A stretch of DNA of 64,000 bases from an uncultured Anaerolineales bacterium. GTDB lineage: Bacteria > Chloroflexota > Anaerolineae > Anaerolineales > UBA11858. Position numbers and translations under genes: made by a program. The stretch is from assembly GCA_964406305.1 (NCBI GenBank), contig CAYORF010000003.1, positions 1,583 through 65,582 of the forward strand. The letters are read 5' to 3'. The stretch's first letter is position 1. Each line of letters opens with the position of its first letter. Below, one piece after another: positions 15,171 to 24,453 of this stretch. The notes beneath the pieces are model-generated. The model was not told the origin of the DNA. It worked only from the letters and a program-made list of their open reading frames with translations, and ran no database searches.

Positions 15171-17501
15171 TTGGTTTTGGAAGCTTATTGTGTGAAGTGT
15201 AAAGAAAAACGAGAGATGGATTCTGCTGAGGCAGTGTTCACAAAAACTGGAACACCTGCTACCAGTGGTGTCTGTTCAGTGTGTGGTACAAAAATGTTCC
15301 GGATGGGAAAAACAGAAGCCCATGAAGGCCTGACGCCTCCGGAAAATACCAAAAGAAAGGTTAAAGAACCCAAACCACGCAAAGGAAAATTGGTGATCGT
15401 AGAATCACCTGCCAAGGCCCGAACGATAGGACGTTATTTGGGAGATGACTATAAAGTTGTTGCTTCCTATGGGCATGTCAGGGATTTATTAAGATCCAAA
15501 CTATCGATTGACATCGAAAATAATTTTGAACCCTCCTATCGCGTTCCCAATGATAAACGCAAGGTAGTGAAGGAAATCAAAAAACTGGGTGCGGAAGCTG
15601 AAGAGATCTTCCTGGCCACAGACCTTGATCGGGAAGGTGAAGCTATTGCCTGGCATTTAATAGAAGCCGCAGAGCTGGAACCTGAACTCACCAAGAGGGT
15701 TGTTTTTACAGAAATTACTCGAGCTGCGATTGAAAAAGCATTTGAGAATCCAGAGATCCTGGATATGAAATTGGTTAATGCACAGCAGGGAAGGAGGATC
15801 GTGGATCGTCTGGTTGGATTCCAGATCAGCCCTATCCTGTGGGAAAAGGTGCGCGGCGGTTTAACGGCCGGTCGAGTACAGTCTGTTTCACTACGCCTGA
15901 TTGTAGACAGGGAAAGGGAAATTGAGGCTTTTGTTCCTGATGAGTACTGGTCAGTTGCTGCTGAGCTTCGTCCTGAAGAAGCAGCGAGTAATGAAACTTT
16001 CCAGGCAAACTTAACTCACATTGATGGTAAAAAACTACACGTTGGCTCCCAAACCGAATTGGATCCGATTATCAACGACCTGGAAAAGGCGCATTTTGAA
16101 GTACGAAAGATACGCCGGGGGACCCGGGTAAGAAACCCTTATCCGCCATTTATCACCACCACTATGCAGCAGGATGCAGCCCGCCAGCTCGGCTTTTCTG
16201 CTAAAAAGACCATGGCAGTAGCCCAGCAGCTTTACCAGGGCATTGATGTTGGCAATGGTGGCGAAACCGGTTTGATCACATATATGCGAACAGATTCCAC
16301 AAATGTATCAGAATCCGCTCAGCAAAGTGCCCGGACTTTCGTTCAATCCAATTATGGTGATGAATATATTCCTTCTGAGATTCCGCAATATACCACGAAA
16401 GCTAAGAGGGCACAGGAAGCGCATGAAGCTATCCGACCCACTTCGATTGGCCGGACTCCGAAGTCCATTAAAAGCTTCTTGAAGAATGACCAGTACAGAT
16501 TGTATACATTGATCTGGAAACGTTTTTTGGCATCTCAGATGTCTCCTGCGGTATATGACACTCTGAGTGTGATTGTTGGGGCTGATGGAAATGAACATGC
16601 CTATGTCTTCCGCGCCTCTGGCTCCAGGATTAAATTCCCTGGATTTTTGAAAGTTTTTGATCGCAGTAATGGTAATTCGTCCAAAGCGGAAAAAGATCTA
16701 GAAAGCATACCTGAAGGTTTAGCAGAAGGTCAAACTCAGCGATTGATCCAGCTGCTTCCGGAACAGCATTTTACAAAGCCGCCAGCCCGATATTCTGAGG
16801 CCTCTCTGGTCAGTACCTTGGAGGAAAACGGTATTGGACGCCCATCCACTTATGCGCCGATTATGGGAAAACTGGTGGATCGCGGATATATTGTTAAAGA
16901 TGGCAGGCGTCTGATTCCAACAGAAACCGGATTTATTGTTAATGACCTGGTTTCGGAGTATTTCTCATCAATAGTTGATGTAGGATTTACAGCAGAGATG
17001 GAAAGGGAATTAGACCGGGTTGCTTCTGGGGAGGAGCTGTGGCAGGACAGCGTGGGTGAGTTTTATTCTCCGTTTGCTGACCAGCTGGAATTTGCTAGAG
17101 AACAAATGCCCAAAATTGAGCCGAAATACATCCCGGTGGGGCGCCAGTGTCCCGAGTGCGATGGTGAGTTAGTTCAGCGGTTTGGACGTTATGGACTTTA
17201 TATTGGCTGCAGCAACAGACCGGATTGTAAGCATACAGAACGGTGGGTCGAGCGGATTGGAGTAACTTGTCCTAAGGACGGCGGTGAGATAATCGAAAGA
17301 AAGACAAAAAAGGGAAGAATGTTCTATGGCTGTGAGAACTACCCTGATTGTGATTTTTCCTCCTGGAAAAAACCGCTCCCAACACCTTGCCCCAGCTGTG
17401 GAGGATTGTTGGTTCAAGCAAATAAAAAACATGCTCAATGCACTGCCTGTTCCCTGGAATTTGATCGGAATGAGTTGAAAGAGAAATCCGAAGTAAGTTA
17501 A
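15171..17501 (+). CDS. topA: DNA topoisomerase I with an extra N-terminal CxxC...CxxC zinc ribbon and three C-terminal zinc fingers
   Basis: Toprim LVIVESPAKART, DLDREGEAIAWH and the type IA core are present. The C-terminal fingers are CPECDG...CSNRPDC, CPKDGG...CENYPDC and CPSCGG...CTAC. The probable start is the TTG at 15177, 6 nt after GGAGG (15166-15170). Confidence 0.95.
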   Translation: MVLEAYCVKCKEKREMDSAEAVFTKTGTPATSGVCSVCGTKMFRMGKTEAHEGLTPPENTKRKVKEPKPRKGKLVIVESPAKARTIGRYLGDDYKVVASYGHVRDLLRSKLSIDIENNFEPSYRVPNDKRKVVKEIKKLGAEAEEIFLATDLDREGEAIAWHLIEAAELEPELTKRVVFTEITRAAIEKAFENPEILDMKLVNAQQGRRIVDRLVGFQISPILWEKVRGGLTAGRVQSVSLRLIVDREREIEAFVPDEYWSVAAELRPEEAASNETFQANLTHIDGKKLHVGSQTELDPIINDLEKAHFEVRKIRRGTRVRNPYPPFITTTMQQDAARQLGFSAKKTMAVAQQLYQGIDVGNGGETGLITYMRTDSTNVSESAQQSARTFVQSNYGDEYIPSEIPQYTTKAKRAQEAHEAIRPTSIGRTPKSIKSFLKNDQYRLYTLIWKRFLASQMSPAVYDTLSVIVGADGNEHAYVFRASGSRIKFPGFLKVFDRSNGNSSKAEKDLESIPEGLAEGQTQRLIQLLPEQHFTKPPARYSEASLVSTLEENGIGRPSTYAPIMGKLVDRGYIVKDGRRLIPTETGFIVNDLVSEYFSSIVDVGFTAEMERELDRVASGEELWQDSVGEFYSPFADQLEFAREQMPKIEPKYIPVGRQCPECDGELVQRFGRYGLYIGCSNRPDCKHTERWVERIGVTCPKDGGEIIERKTKKGRMFYGCENYPDCDFSSWKKPLPTPCPSCGGLLVQANKKHAQCTACSLEFDRNELKEKSEVS

Positions 17502-17525
17502 TTCCATTGAAATGAAAATTAAATG

Positions 17526-17554
17526 AACGGCGGAAATATATTTCCGCCGTTTTT
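17526..17554 (+). terminator. Intrinsic terminator after topA
   Basis: AACGGCGGAAAU (17526-17537) pairs with AUUUCCGCCGUU (17540-17551), followed by a T run. Confidence 0.8.
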
Positions 17555-17660
17555 GATTCTGAATGACTAAAAAACAGGAAAATTGATTATTTATATATTG
17601 ATTCTAAACTGGCATGGACCTTGCATCTATAGGGGTGAGGCTTCAGAGGGTGAGGGAGCA

Positions 17661-17689
17661 TTGCAGGAAAATCATCTCTCGTCTACAAT
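17661..17689 (+). promoter_or_regulatory. Candidate promoter of the 350-aa hypothetical gene
   Basis: TTGCAG (17661-17666), a 17-nt spacer, then TACAAT (17684-17689). A direct repeat GGGTGAGG x2 lies just upstream (about 17633-17657). Confidence 0.5.
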
Positions 17690-17743
17690 AGGGTTATCTG
17701 GCCTCCAGTTGTTTCAACTTTCATTAACCAATGGAGATTGATT

Positions 17744-18793
17744 ATGGATACAGTACGAGACAGTTTTAACAAAGGAATCAACAGTCCTCCGATCATGACT
17801 GCAGTAGGTGTAGTAGTCGGAATCATCCTGGGATTGGTTTGGGCATATTTGATCAGCCCGGTCCAATTCGTCGATGGTAATATCGAACAGCTCCGTGATG
17901 ATCTAAAGGTTGAATATTTGCGGATGACGATCGATTCCTATGCCTTGAACCAGGATGCTTCACTGGCGGAATCACGATATAACCAGCTGGGAGAAAATGC
18001 TTCCACATACCTGTCGGATGTCGAGTTCAATCCCGCTGACCAATTGATCAGTGATATTGATTCATTCCGCGATGTGGCGGAAATGACTTCTCCATTGGAT
18101 GTACTGGAAGAAATCGTCCCTGTTGTTGAGGAAGAGTCTTCGGGGAATAATATCCTAAAATGGGCCTTGCTGGTCACAGTTGTGCTGGCAGGAGCCTTGG
18201 TAGCTCGTTATTTCCTAGCCAAACGCGCTGAAGGTGGAGGGATAGCACCAAAATCTGCTTCAAGTATGGCACAGGAAATTACCGCAAAGATCGACTCCCC
18301 TGAATACAACGGTAAAGGTGAATCACCACCCATGCACCAATTTGTCACGACCTATGTGCTGGGTGATAACCTGTTTGATGATTCCTTCAGTATTGAATCA
18401 GCAGCGGGTGAATTCCTGGGCGAATGCGGCGTGGGTATCTCAGAAGCCATTGGTGTAGGTGAGCCGAAACGCGTAACTGCTTTTGAGGTCTGGTTATTCG
18501 ACCAGAATGATATCAAGACTGTCACAAAGGTTTTGATGAGCGGTCATGCTTTTTATGACGATGCTACCCGGTTAGAACTGGAAAAGAAAGGCGAACCTGT
18601 GCTGGCAGATCCGGGAGTAGAATTTGTCCTCAATACTAATAACCTGCAGGTGATTGGGCGGGTTATGGACATGGGTTATGGAGAAGGTCCGCTTCCTGAA
18701 GAGAGTTTCTTCGAACGGCTTTCCATTGAGCTATCTGTCTGGCCTAATGATGGTGCCAGCGAAACAGAAGCTTTTGAATTTGATGAATTCTAA
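17744..18793 (+). CDS. Hypothetical two-TM membrane protein with an unrecognised C-terminal domain of about 185 aa
   Basis: ATG at 17744, 6 nt after GGAGA. TM1 is VGVVVGIILGLVWAYLI and TM2 is ILKWALLVTVVLAGALVARYFL, with an acidic loop between them. I recognise no family motif. Confidence 0.7.
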   Translation: MDTVRDSFNKGINSPPIMTAVGVVVGIILGLVWAYLISPVQFVDGNIEQLRDDLKVEYLRMTIDSYALNQDASLAESRYNQLGENASTYLSDVEFNPADQLISDIDSFRDVAEMTSPLDVLEEIVPVVEEESSGNNILKWALLVTVVLAGALVARYFLAKRAEGGGIAPKSASSMAQEITAKIDSPEYNGKGESPPMHQFVTTYVLGDNLFDDSFSIESAAGEFLGECGVGISEAIGVGEPKRVTAFEVWLFDQNDIKTVTKVLMSGHAFYDDATRLELEKKGEPVLADPGVEFVLNTNNLQVIGRVMDMGYGEGPLPEESFFERLSIELSVWPNDGASETEAFEFDEF

Positions 18794-18800
18794 TTAATAT

Positions 18801-18846
18801 AAAAACAGCTCCCGGAGTTTTCAAAATTCCGGGAGCTGTTTTATTT
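18801..18846. terminator. Bidirectional intrinsic terminator between the hypothetical gene and greA
   Basis: ACAGCUCCCGGA (18805-18816) pairs with UCCGGGAGCUGU (18828-18839). It is flanked by an A5 run upstream and a T-rich run downstream. Confidence 0.8.
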
Positions 18847-18866
18847 AACAGTCTTGCCAAGATCTA

Positions 18867-19346
18867 TTATTGGATATCCAGGATCTTCAGTGAGTATTCT
18901 CCCCCTGACCCTGGTGTTTTAACCTCAACTATATCCCCTATTTTTTTATCGATCAGCGCTTTTCCGATGGGGGATACATGGGAGATCTTATTCTCTGTTG
19001 GATCTGCTTCTCTGCTGCCAACCAGATAATAGGTCTCGGGAGGGAAATCCTCTTCTTGAACTGTGACATTGCAGCCTACAGTGACTTTATCCTGTCCATG
19101 ACCGTTTTCTTCCACGATAATGGCAAAGTCGAGCGTATATTTGATCTCCAGTATTTTCCCTTCCAAGAAACCCTGATCTTCTTTAGCTTTGTGATAATCC
19201 GCATTTTCTGATAAATCACCCATCTCAATGGCTGATTTTAGTCGGGCAGCGATCTCTATCCGCTGTGGTCCTTCCAGATCTTCCAGCTCAATCTGCAGCT
19301 TCTCTTTCCCTTCTTTTGTTAAGTAGATTTTCTCTCGATCCTGCAT
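18867..19346 (-). CDS. greA: Transcription elongation factor GreA
   Basis: 159 aa. It has an N-terminal coiled coil with ...AIEMGDLSENADYHKAKEDQ and a C-terminal FKBP-like domain. Confidence 0.95.
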   Translation of the reverse strand: MQDREKIYLTKEGKEKLQIELEDLEGPQRIEIAARLKSAIEMGDLSENADYHKAKEDQGFLEGKILEIKYTLDFAIIVEENGHGQDKVTVGCNVTVQEEDFPPETYYLVGSREADPTENKISHVSPIGKALIDKKIGDIVEVKTPGSGGEYSLKILDIQ

Positions 19347-19369
19347 ATTTCATTCCTTCAAGTTGATAA

Positions 19370-20521
19370 TTATGGCCTTCGGGTGGGGTCAAATAATTTT
19401 TGGTGTTCATCAATTGCAAACCGGTCTGTCATGCCTGCTATATAATCACATATCGATCGTTGAAGTCCTTTTTTCTCAATTCCGGCCTGGATATGTTCTG
19501 GCAGCATCAAAGGGTCCTTTTCATAAGCAGCGAACAGAGCGCTGATGATCCTTTCCGCCTTGACCTGCATACGAATGACCCGGTGATTCTTATACAGATT
19601 CTTAAACAGGAAATCCTTCAATTCCCGGTTGTTCTTTTTCATCTCATCGCTAAAACAGATCACATTATGGGGAAGCTTTTGCAGCCCTTCAACTGAAGTG
19701 ATGCCGCTCTTTTTGATTTTTTCGTCAGTACTCTCAATCACGTCCCTGACCTCAATGCCGATCATCCTGCGGATGATCCGTTTCCGATCCAGTTCATGCA
19801 GATCTTTACCTTTCCACCCCACACTTTTTATGAGAATTTCCCAAATTTCAAGATCTTTTAAATGGGCTGTTGAAATCAATCCCGACCGTAACCCATCGTC
19901 CAGGTCATGGGCTGAGTACGCCAGTTCATCTGCAGCATTGGCGATCTGGGCTTCGAGATGCCCCCGAAGTTCAGGATCGAAATCCTCGGCGTCTGAGATG
20001 TCATATTCTGTCTCGTGTTTTACAATGCCTTCCCGTGTTTCCCAGGTCAGGTTGAGGCCGGGAAAGTTCTCAAATCGGTTTTCCAGCTTAGTGACAATGC
20101 GCAATGATTGTTTATTATGATCAAATCCACCCTGGCCTTCCATAAGCTGATCCAGGATCCGCTCACCGGAATGACCGAAAGGGGAATGTCCCAGGTCGTG
20201 GGCCAGGCAGATAGCCTCTTCTAGATCTTCATTCGCACCCAGGGCCAGGGCAACAGTCCGACCAATTTGAGCAACTTCCAGGGTGTGAGTTAATCTAGTG
20301 CGGTAATAGTCCCCTTCAGTATTGAGGAAAACCTGGGTTTTATACTCCAAGCGGCGGAAAGCTGTGGTATGCAAAATTCTGTCCCGATCGCGTTGAAAGG
20401 CTGTCCGATAAATTGGTTTATCGTCTGGAAATTCCCGGCCTTTGCTGTCTTTGCTTCGGATCCCATAGGGCGCCAGACAATGATCTTCCAGCTCTTCGCG
20501 CTTTTCTCGTTTAATTGCCAT
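19370..20521 (-). CDS. dGTP triphosphohydrolase-like HD-domain protein
   Basis: FQRDRDRILHTTAFRRLEYKTQVF...RLTHTLEVAQIGR...HDLGHSPFGH matches the Dgt-family signature. Confidence 0.9.
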   Translation of the reverse strand: MAIKREKREELEDHCLAPYGIRSKDSKGREFPDDKPIYRTAFQRDRDRILHTTAFRRLEYKTQVFLNTEGDYYRTRLTHTLEVAQIGRTVALALGANEDLEEAICLAHDLGHSPFGHSGERILDQLMEGQGGFDHNKQSLRIVTKLENRFENFPGLNLTWETREGIVKHETEYDISDAEDFDPELRGHLEAQIANAADELAYSAHDLDDGLRSGLISTAHLKDLEIWEILIKSVGWKGKDLHELDRKRIIRRMIGIEVRDVIESTDEKIKKSGITSVEGLQKLPHNVICFSDEMKKNNRELKDFLFKNLYKNHRVIRMQVKAERIISALFAAYEKDPLMLPEHIQAGIEKKGLQRSICDYIAGMTDRFAIDEHQKLFDPTRRP

Positions 20522-20593
20522 AGTTTCCTCGCTTTCCCCGGATTGTTAAGCAGAACCAGTTTAATTCAGGCTTGTCCGGCTGTCAATATCCAC

Positions 20594-22318
20594 CTACTCG
20601 GAGCTTTCAATTTCATCACTGAGTTGGATGATTTCAGTCAGATAGCTCTTTAATTTCTGATGAGCCTCTTGATTCTTCTCGTTTTCTGACCTGACGAACC
20701 TTGTATAAGGCGTGATTGTGTCTCTGATCTCCTGCAGACTGCGGCTAATCTCATGACTGAAATGTTCTGTAAGGGACGCCGTAAGCTGGTCCCGCATTGA
20801 CTTAACTTTTTGGCGCATTTCTTTTTTAGCGTTTCTGCGTCGGGTGGGGATGATAAATAATCCCAGGGCAGCCATAATACCTGCCAATAGAATGCCAGTG
20901 ATATCAGTTGCCATTGTGGTCGCCAGGATTGTTACCAGGGTTCCCAGCCCGACAGCGCCTGCACTAATAGCTGCCGTGGCAGCAACAGCGTTCTGGGAGC
21001 GGCGAGCAATCTCATCTGCCTCGCGGGTCTTATCGTAGCTATCTATCACTCTGGTAGCTTCATCTCGAATGCTGGTAATCAATCGTTCGCGGTCGTAAAT
21101 GAAATTGCCGATATCCCCAACCATTCTGCCTTTGTGCTTTTGACGGCCTTCAGCGATATGGCTCGTGATCGCTTGCCACTGTCTTAAATTGGAGTCTACC
21201 AGCCAATCTATGATCGCTGTAACCTTGGCTTCTACAAGATCGGGAACGTTAGCAACAACCTGGTCCTCATATATTTGCTGGATCTTTTCCTTTTTCATCA
21301 GATCAACGATGCGTGCCAGCCTGATATATTCAGAGAAAAAGTCCTCTCCCCGCTGTTCCATTTCCAGCAAGACCTTGACGATATCTGATATTCTCAGATC
21401 AAAACTTTCCAGCATATCTTTCTGGAATACAGTCAATTGTTCTTCAACATCTTTGATCAGAGATAGATCATCTTTCAGTAATTTCAACCGATCTTCAAAG
21501 AATTCCGCGTACTGGCTGGCCAGACGCTTGCCAACACCAAGAGGGTTCATTAGTTTGAGTTTTAACCGGCTTTCTTGATCTAGTGTTTCCAGGATGTAAT
21601 TTTCCAGGGCTTCAAAACGGCTTTCAGCCCACAGGGCTGGTTCTCCGCTTTTTGCTTTAAGGGCCTGTTGGGCGCTGACTGGAAAGATTTCAGGATCGAC
21701 CTTGAGTATCTTTTTTGCATTTTCAGCCACAAAAGCATGGATCTCTTCCAATGATTCCGGGGTTTGTAGGATGTCGATCTTGTTGATGACCAGGACAACC
21801 TTCTTCCCCCAGGATTGGATCTGTTCCAGAAAAATTCGCTCACTTTCTGTATAGGGTCTATCAGCCGATGTGACGAACAGGATCAGGTCAGATCGCGGCA
21901 CAAAAAGGGAAGTGATCTCTTCATGTTCGCGAACGATGGCGTTGGTCCCGGGAGTGTCAACAATGCTGATCTCCTTCAAGAAATCTGCATCCAGAGTCAG
22001 ACTTTCTACGTTTTCAGACAGGGCCTTTTTGCCTGTCTCTTGCCCATAACGAAGGATATTTACTTTTGTCGTTGTGGGAGTTACCCCCTCTTCCAGGAGG
22101 CTTTCTCCCATCAGGGCATTGATAAACGCGCTTTTGCCGGCATTAAATTCGCCGACCACGACCAATAAGAAAAAATCATCCAATTGATGGATCGAATCCA
22201 TTAGGGCTTTTTGATCCTTCTCGGCCACGCCATACTCCACCAGGGTGATCTGGATATGGTTGAGCAGTTCACGCTCTCTGCTGAGGAGCTCTTTCTGTGT
22301 TTTAGTTAAAATATCCAT
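20594..22318 (-). CDS. Bacterial dynamin-like GTPase with a C-terminal hydrophobic hairpin
   Basis: P-loop GEFNAGKSAFINALMG, DTPGTNA, and NKID. A long helical stalk follows, then two adjacent hydrophobic helices (AVAATAAISAGAVGLGTLVTILATT / ITGILLAGIMAALGLFIIP). Confidence 0.85.
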   Translation of the reverse strand: MDILTKTQKELLSRERELLNHIQITLVEYGVAEKDQKALMDSIHQLDDFFLLVVVGEFNAGKSAFINALMGESLLEEGVTPTTTKVNILRYGQETGKKALSENVESLTLDADFLKEISIVDTPGTNAIVREHEEITSLFVPRSDLILFVTSADRPYTESERIFLEQIQSWGKKVVLVINKIDILQTPESLEEIHAFVAENAKKILKVDPEIFPVSAQQALKAKSGEPALWAESRFEALENYILETLDQESRLKLKLMNPLGVGKRLASQYAEFFEDRLKLLKDDLSLIKDVEEQLTVFQKDMLESFDLRISDIVKVLLEMEQRGEDFFSEYIRLARIVDLMKKEKIQQIYEDQVVANVPDLVEAKVTAIIDWLVDSNLRQWQAITSHIAEGRQKHKGRMVGDIGNFIYDRERLITSIRDEATRVIDSYDKTREADEIARRSQNAVAATAAISAGAVGLGTLVTILATTMATDITGILLAGIMAALGLFIIPTRRRNAKKEMRQKVKSMRDQLTASLTEHFSHEISRSLQEIRDTITPYTRFVRSENEKNQEAHQKLKSYLTEIIQLSDEIESSE

Positions 22319-22402
22319 TCATCCTCATTCTCTGAAGGTGTCTAACCATTATAACTGATAGGGTATTTGGATTTGTTTACTTACGGGGAATTAATAAAAT
22401 AA

Positions 22403-23227
22403 CTACAGGGAGAGGAGAGTTCCCTTATCCTGACCTAATAGTGCTTCTGATATGCTGCCAGGTTCCTCTCCGGAGAAGATTAGACACGCTAATTCAGGGA
22501 TATCCTCGATCAGGTTCAACATCTGTTCAACTTTATCTACCATTCCGCCAGTGACGTCCGGCGCTTGTGATTGGCTGACTGTCCCACCAAGAGTGCTTCG
22601 GTCTGCGGGCCGGATCTTATCATAGAGGCTGGTGCACTCGGGGAAATCCCGCCAGACGCCCGGGTACTGGCCGGCCAGTAAGATCCGAACTGGTTCAAGA
22701 TTTCTTGCTAAATGCACAAATAGATCTTCGGTTGATAGGATTGTGCCGCCAATGCTGGAATCAAAGACCACATCTCCAAATACAACTGGCAGAAGGCCTT
22801 TATCCAATGTGGACCGGATAGGTCTCAGATCCCAGGAAGTTATCTCCCTGTTGGAAGAGAATACTGTTGATGATGGTGGGAATGCCACAGGGGAGAGGCC
22901 GGCATCCTTTAAGGCCTTTATAACCAGCTGGTTGAGGGACGCTGCATCATACCAGACCTCTGCAAACCCCAACCAATCCTCCTGGCTGGATACACCACCT
23001 CTGGTTTCATATTTTTTACCAGAAAAATGCCCGAAAGAACCTGAACCGTGTCCGAGAAGAATCTGCAGGGATGAATCCTGCTCCAGGGCGGATTTGATCT
23101 CTACCCCAACCCGTTGAAGGACCTCCATCCGGGCAGTTCGGGGAGTATTTTTATCGGTGATCAGGGATCCGCCGAGTTTTAGAAATACCAGCTTCTTTCC
23201 CATATGTGACCTTTCGGGATTATCCAT
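22403..23227 (-). CDS. Isopentenyl phosphate kinase (amino-acid-kinase fold)
   Basis: VFLKLGGSLITDK and GHGSGSFGH match the IPK signatures recalled from archaeal and Chloroflexi enzymes. Confidence 0.8.
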   Translation of the reverse strand: MDNPERSHMGKKLVFLKLGGSLITDKNTPRTARMEVLQRVGVEIKSALEQDSSLQILLGHGSGSFGHFSGKKYETRGGVSSQEDWLGFAEVWYDAASLNQLVIKALKDAGLSPVAFPPSSTVFSSNREITSWDLRPIRSTLDKGLLPVVFGDVVFDSSIGGTILSTEDLFVHLARNLEPVRILLAGQYPGVWRDFPECTSLYDKIRPADRSTLGGTVSQSQAPDVTGGMVDKVEQMLNLIEDIPELACLIFSGEEPGSISEALLGQDKGTLLSL

Positions 23228-23271
23228 GGAAGTATTGTAGTCAGGGCTTGTTTTAGGGTCAAGAGAGAGAA

Positions 23272-23297
23272 ACAGGGCTGAGAATTCCCAGCCCTGT
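23272..23297. terminator. GC-rich hairpin between the UbiA-family gene and the IPK gene
   Basis: ACAGGGCUG (23272-23280) pairs with CAGCCCUGU (23289-23297). T/C-rich tracts lie on both sides, so orientation and function are uncertain. Confidence 0.4.
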
Positions 23298-23332
23298 CTT
23301 TTCCTTTGTTTTTGATCAGATCCAGATCTGGT

Positions 23333-24346
23333 TTAGATCCAGAATCCAGGCCAAATCAGTTTTACTATTGTATCCAGAATGACAGCGATGAGGAATAGAC
23401 CCCCAAAGCGCCGGGTGTGATGAAAGGCGGCAGCGACGTAATAATTTGGCCAGACATCCGGGAAATCTTCCGGTTTTTCGGCTGGTTTGGGATTGGAAAG
23501 AATAGGCCAGATCTCAACCAGGGTTGGGATTGCCAGCAGAGTGAGAAGCATGACCGGGGTAAAAAAGCGGGTCCATACTAGGTATATAACGATCACGTAA
23601 GCCAGGATCAAAAAAGCAGTCATAAACCAGCGGGCGAGTTTCTCGCCCAGAACAACTGGCAAGGTATAGATCTTGAGATCTTTATCCTGAGTGAGTTTAT
23701 CTATGTGTTTTCCGAACAACATCGATGTGACTCCGACCCCGTGCGGCAAACTGGCCAGAGCGATTGTCCAATCCCATGGCAAACCTGTGATCACGTAATA
23801 TCCGCCAGCTATCATCAGTGGGCCCCAGACCAGGAATACTGTCAGCTCACCCAGGGCGATATATTTCAGTGGGTAGGTATAAAAGAGCACAAAAAGTGCT
23901 CCCACACCCATCAGGATCCAGGTACCTTCACCTCGCATTATCCCTAGCGCGATCCCGCAAGCGGCAGCAATAGCTCCGGTCACCCCGGCATAGGTCAGGA
24001 GTTCTTTTTTGGTCATCAATCCATGTAATAGAGGTTGGGGACCATATTGGGCCCGGTAGTAGTTATCGACATCCACTCCCCTGACAAAATCTGTGTAGTC
24101 ATTCAGGAAGTTATTTGTTCCATGGGCCAGGTACAAACCAACGGTGACCAGAACCCAGCGCCAGAAATCAAAAGCCCCAACTCTAATTGCAAAAATACCT
24201 GCAAATGCAGCTGACAAGAACGTAGTCACTAGGACAGCTGCTCTGGTAGCAATCAGCCAGCGAGAGATCAGATCTAATTCATCCCATTCTTCTTTGGTGA
24301 TCTTGGGAATAATCTGCAATGCTTTTCGCCACATTGAAAAATTCAT
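23333..24346 (-). CDS. UbiA-family aromatic/polyprenyl prenyltransferase (MenA-like)
   Basis: Polytopic protein with the first Asp-rich motif NNFLNDYTDFVRGVD (NxxxDxxxD type). The substrate cannot be assigned from sequence. Confidence 0.65.
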   Translation of the reverse strand: MNFSMWRKALQIIPKITKEEWDELDLISRWLIATRAAVLVTTFLSAAFAGIFAIRVGAFDFWRWVLVTVGLYLAHGTNNFLNDYTDFVRGVDVDNYYRAQYGPQPLLHGLMTKKELLTYAGVTGAIAAACGIALGIMRGEGTWILMGVGALFVLFYTYPLKYIALGELTVFLVWGPLMIAGGYYVITGLPWDWTIALASLPHGVGVTSMLFGKHIDKLTQDKDLKIYTLPVVLGEKLARWFMTAFLILAYVIVIYLVWTRFFTPVMLLTLLAIPTLVEIWPILSNPKPAEKPEDFPDVWPNYYVAAAFHHTRRFGGLFLIAVILDTIVKLIWPGFWI

Positions 24347-24453
24347 ACTGATTTAATCTCCTTCTACTAATAATTTTCCCCCATATCATACCACAGGGCT
24401 TTTTGTCCAGATCAGTGCGGAAAATACCGGCAATGTAGGCCAGATCGGGAAAT

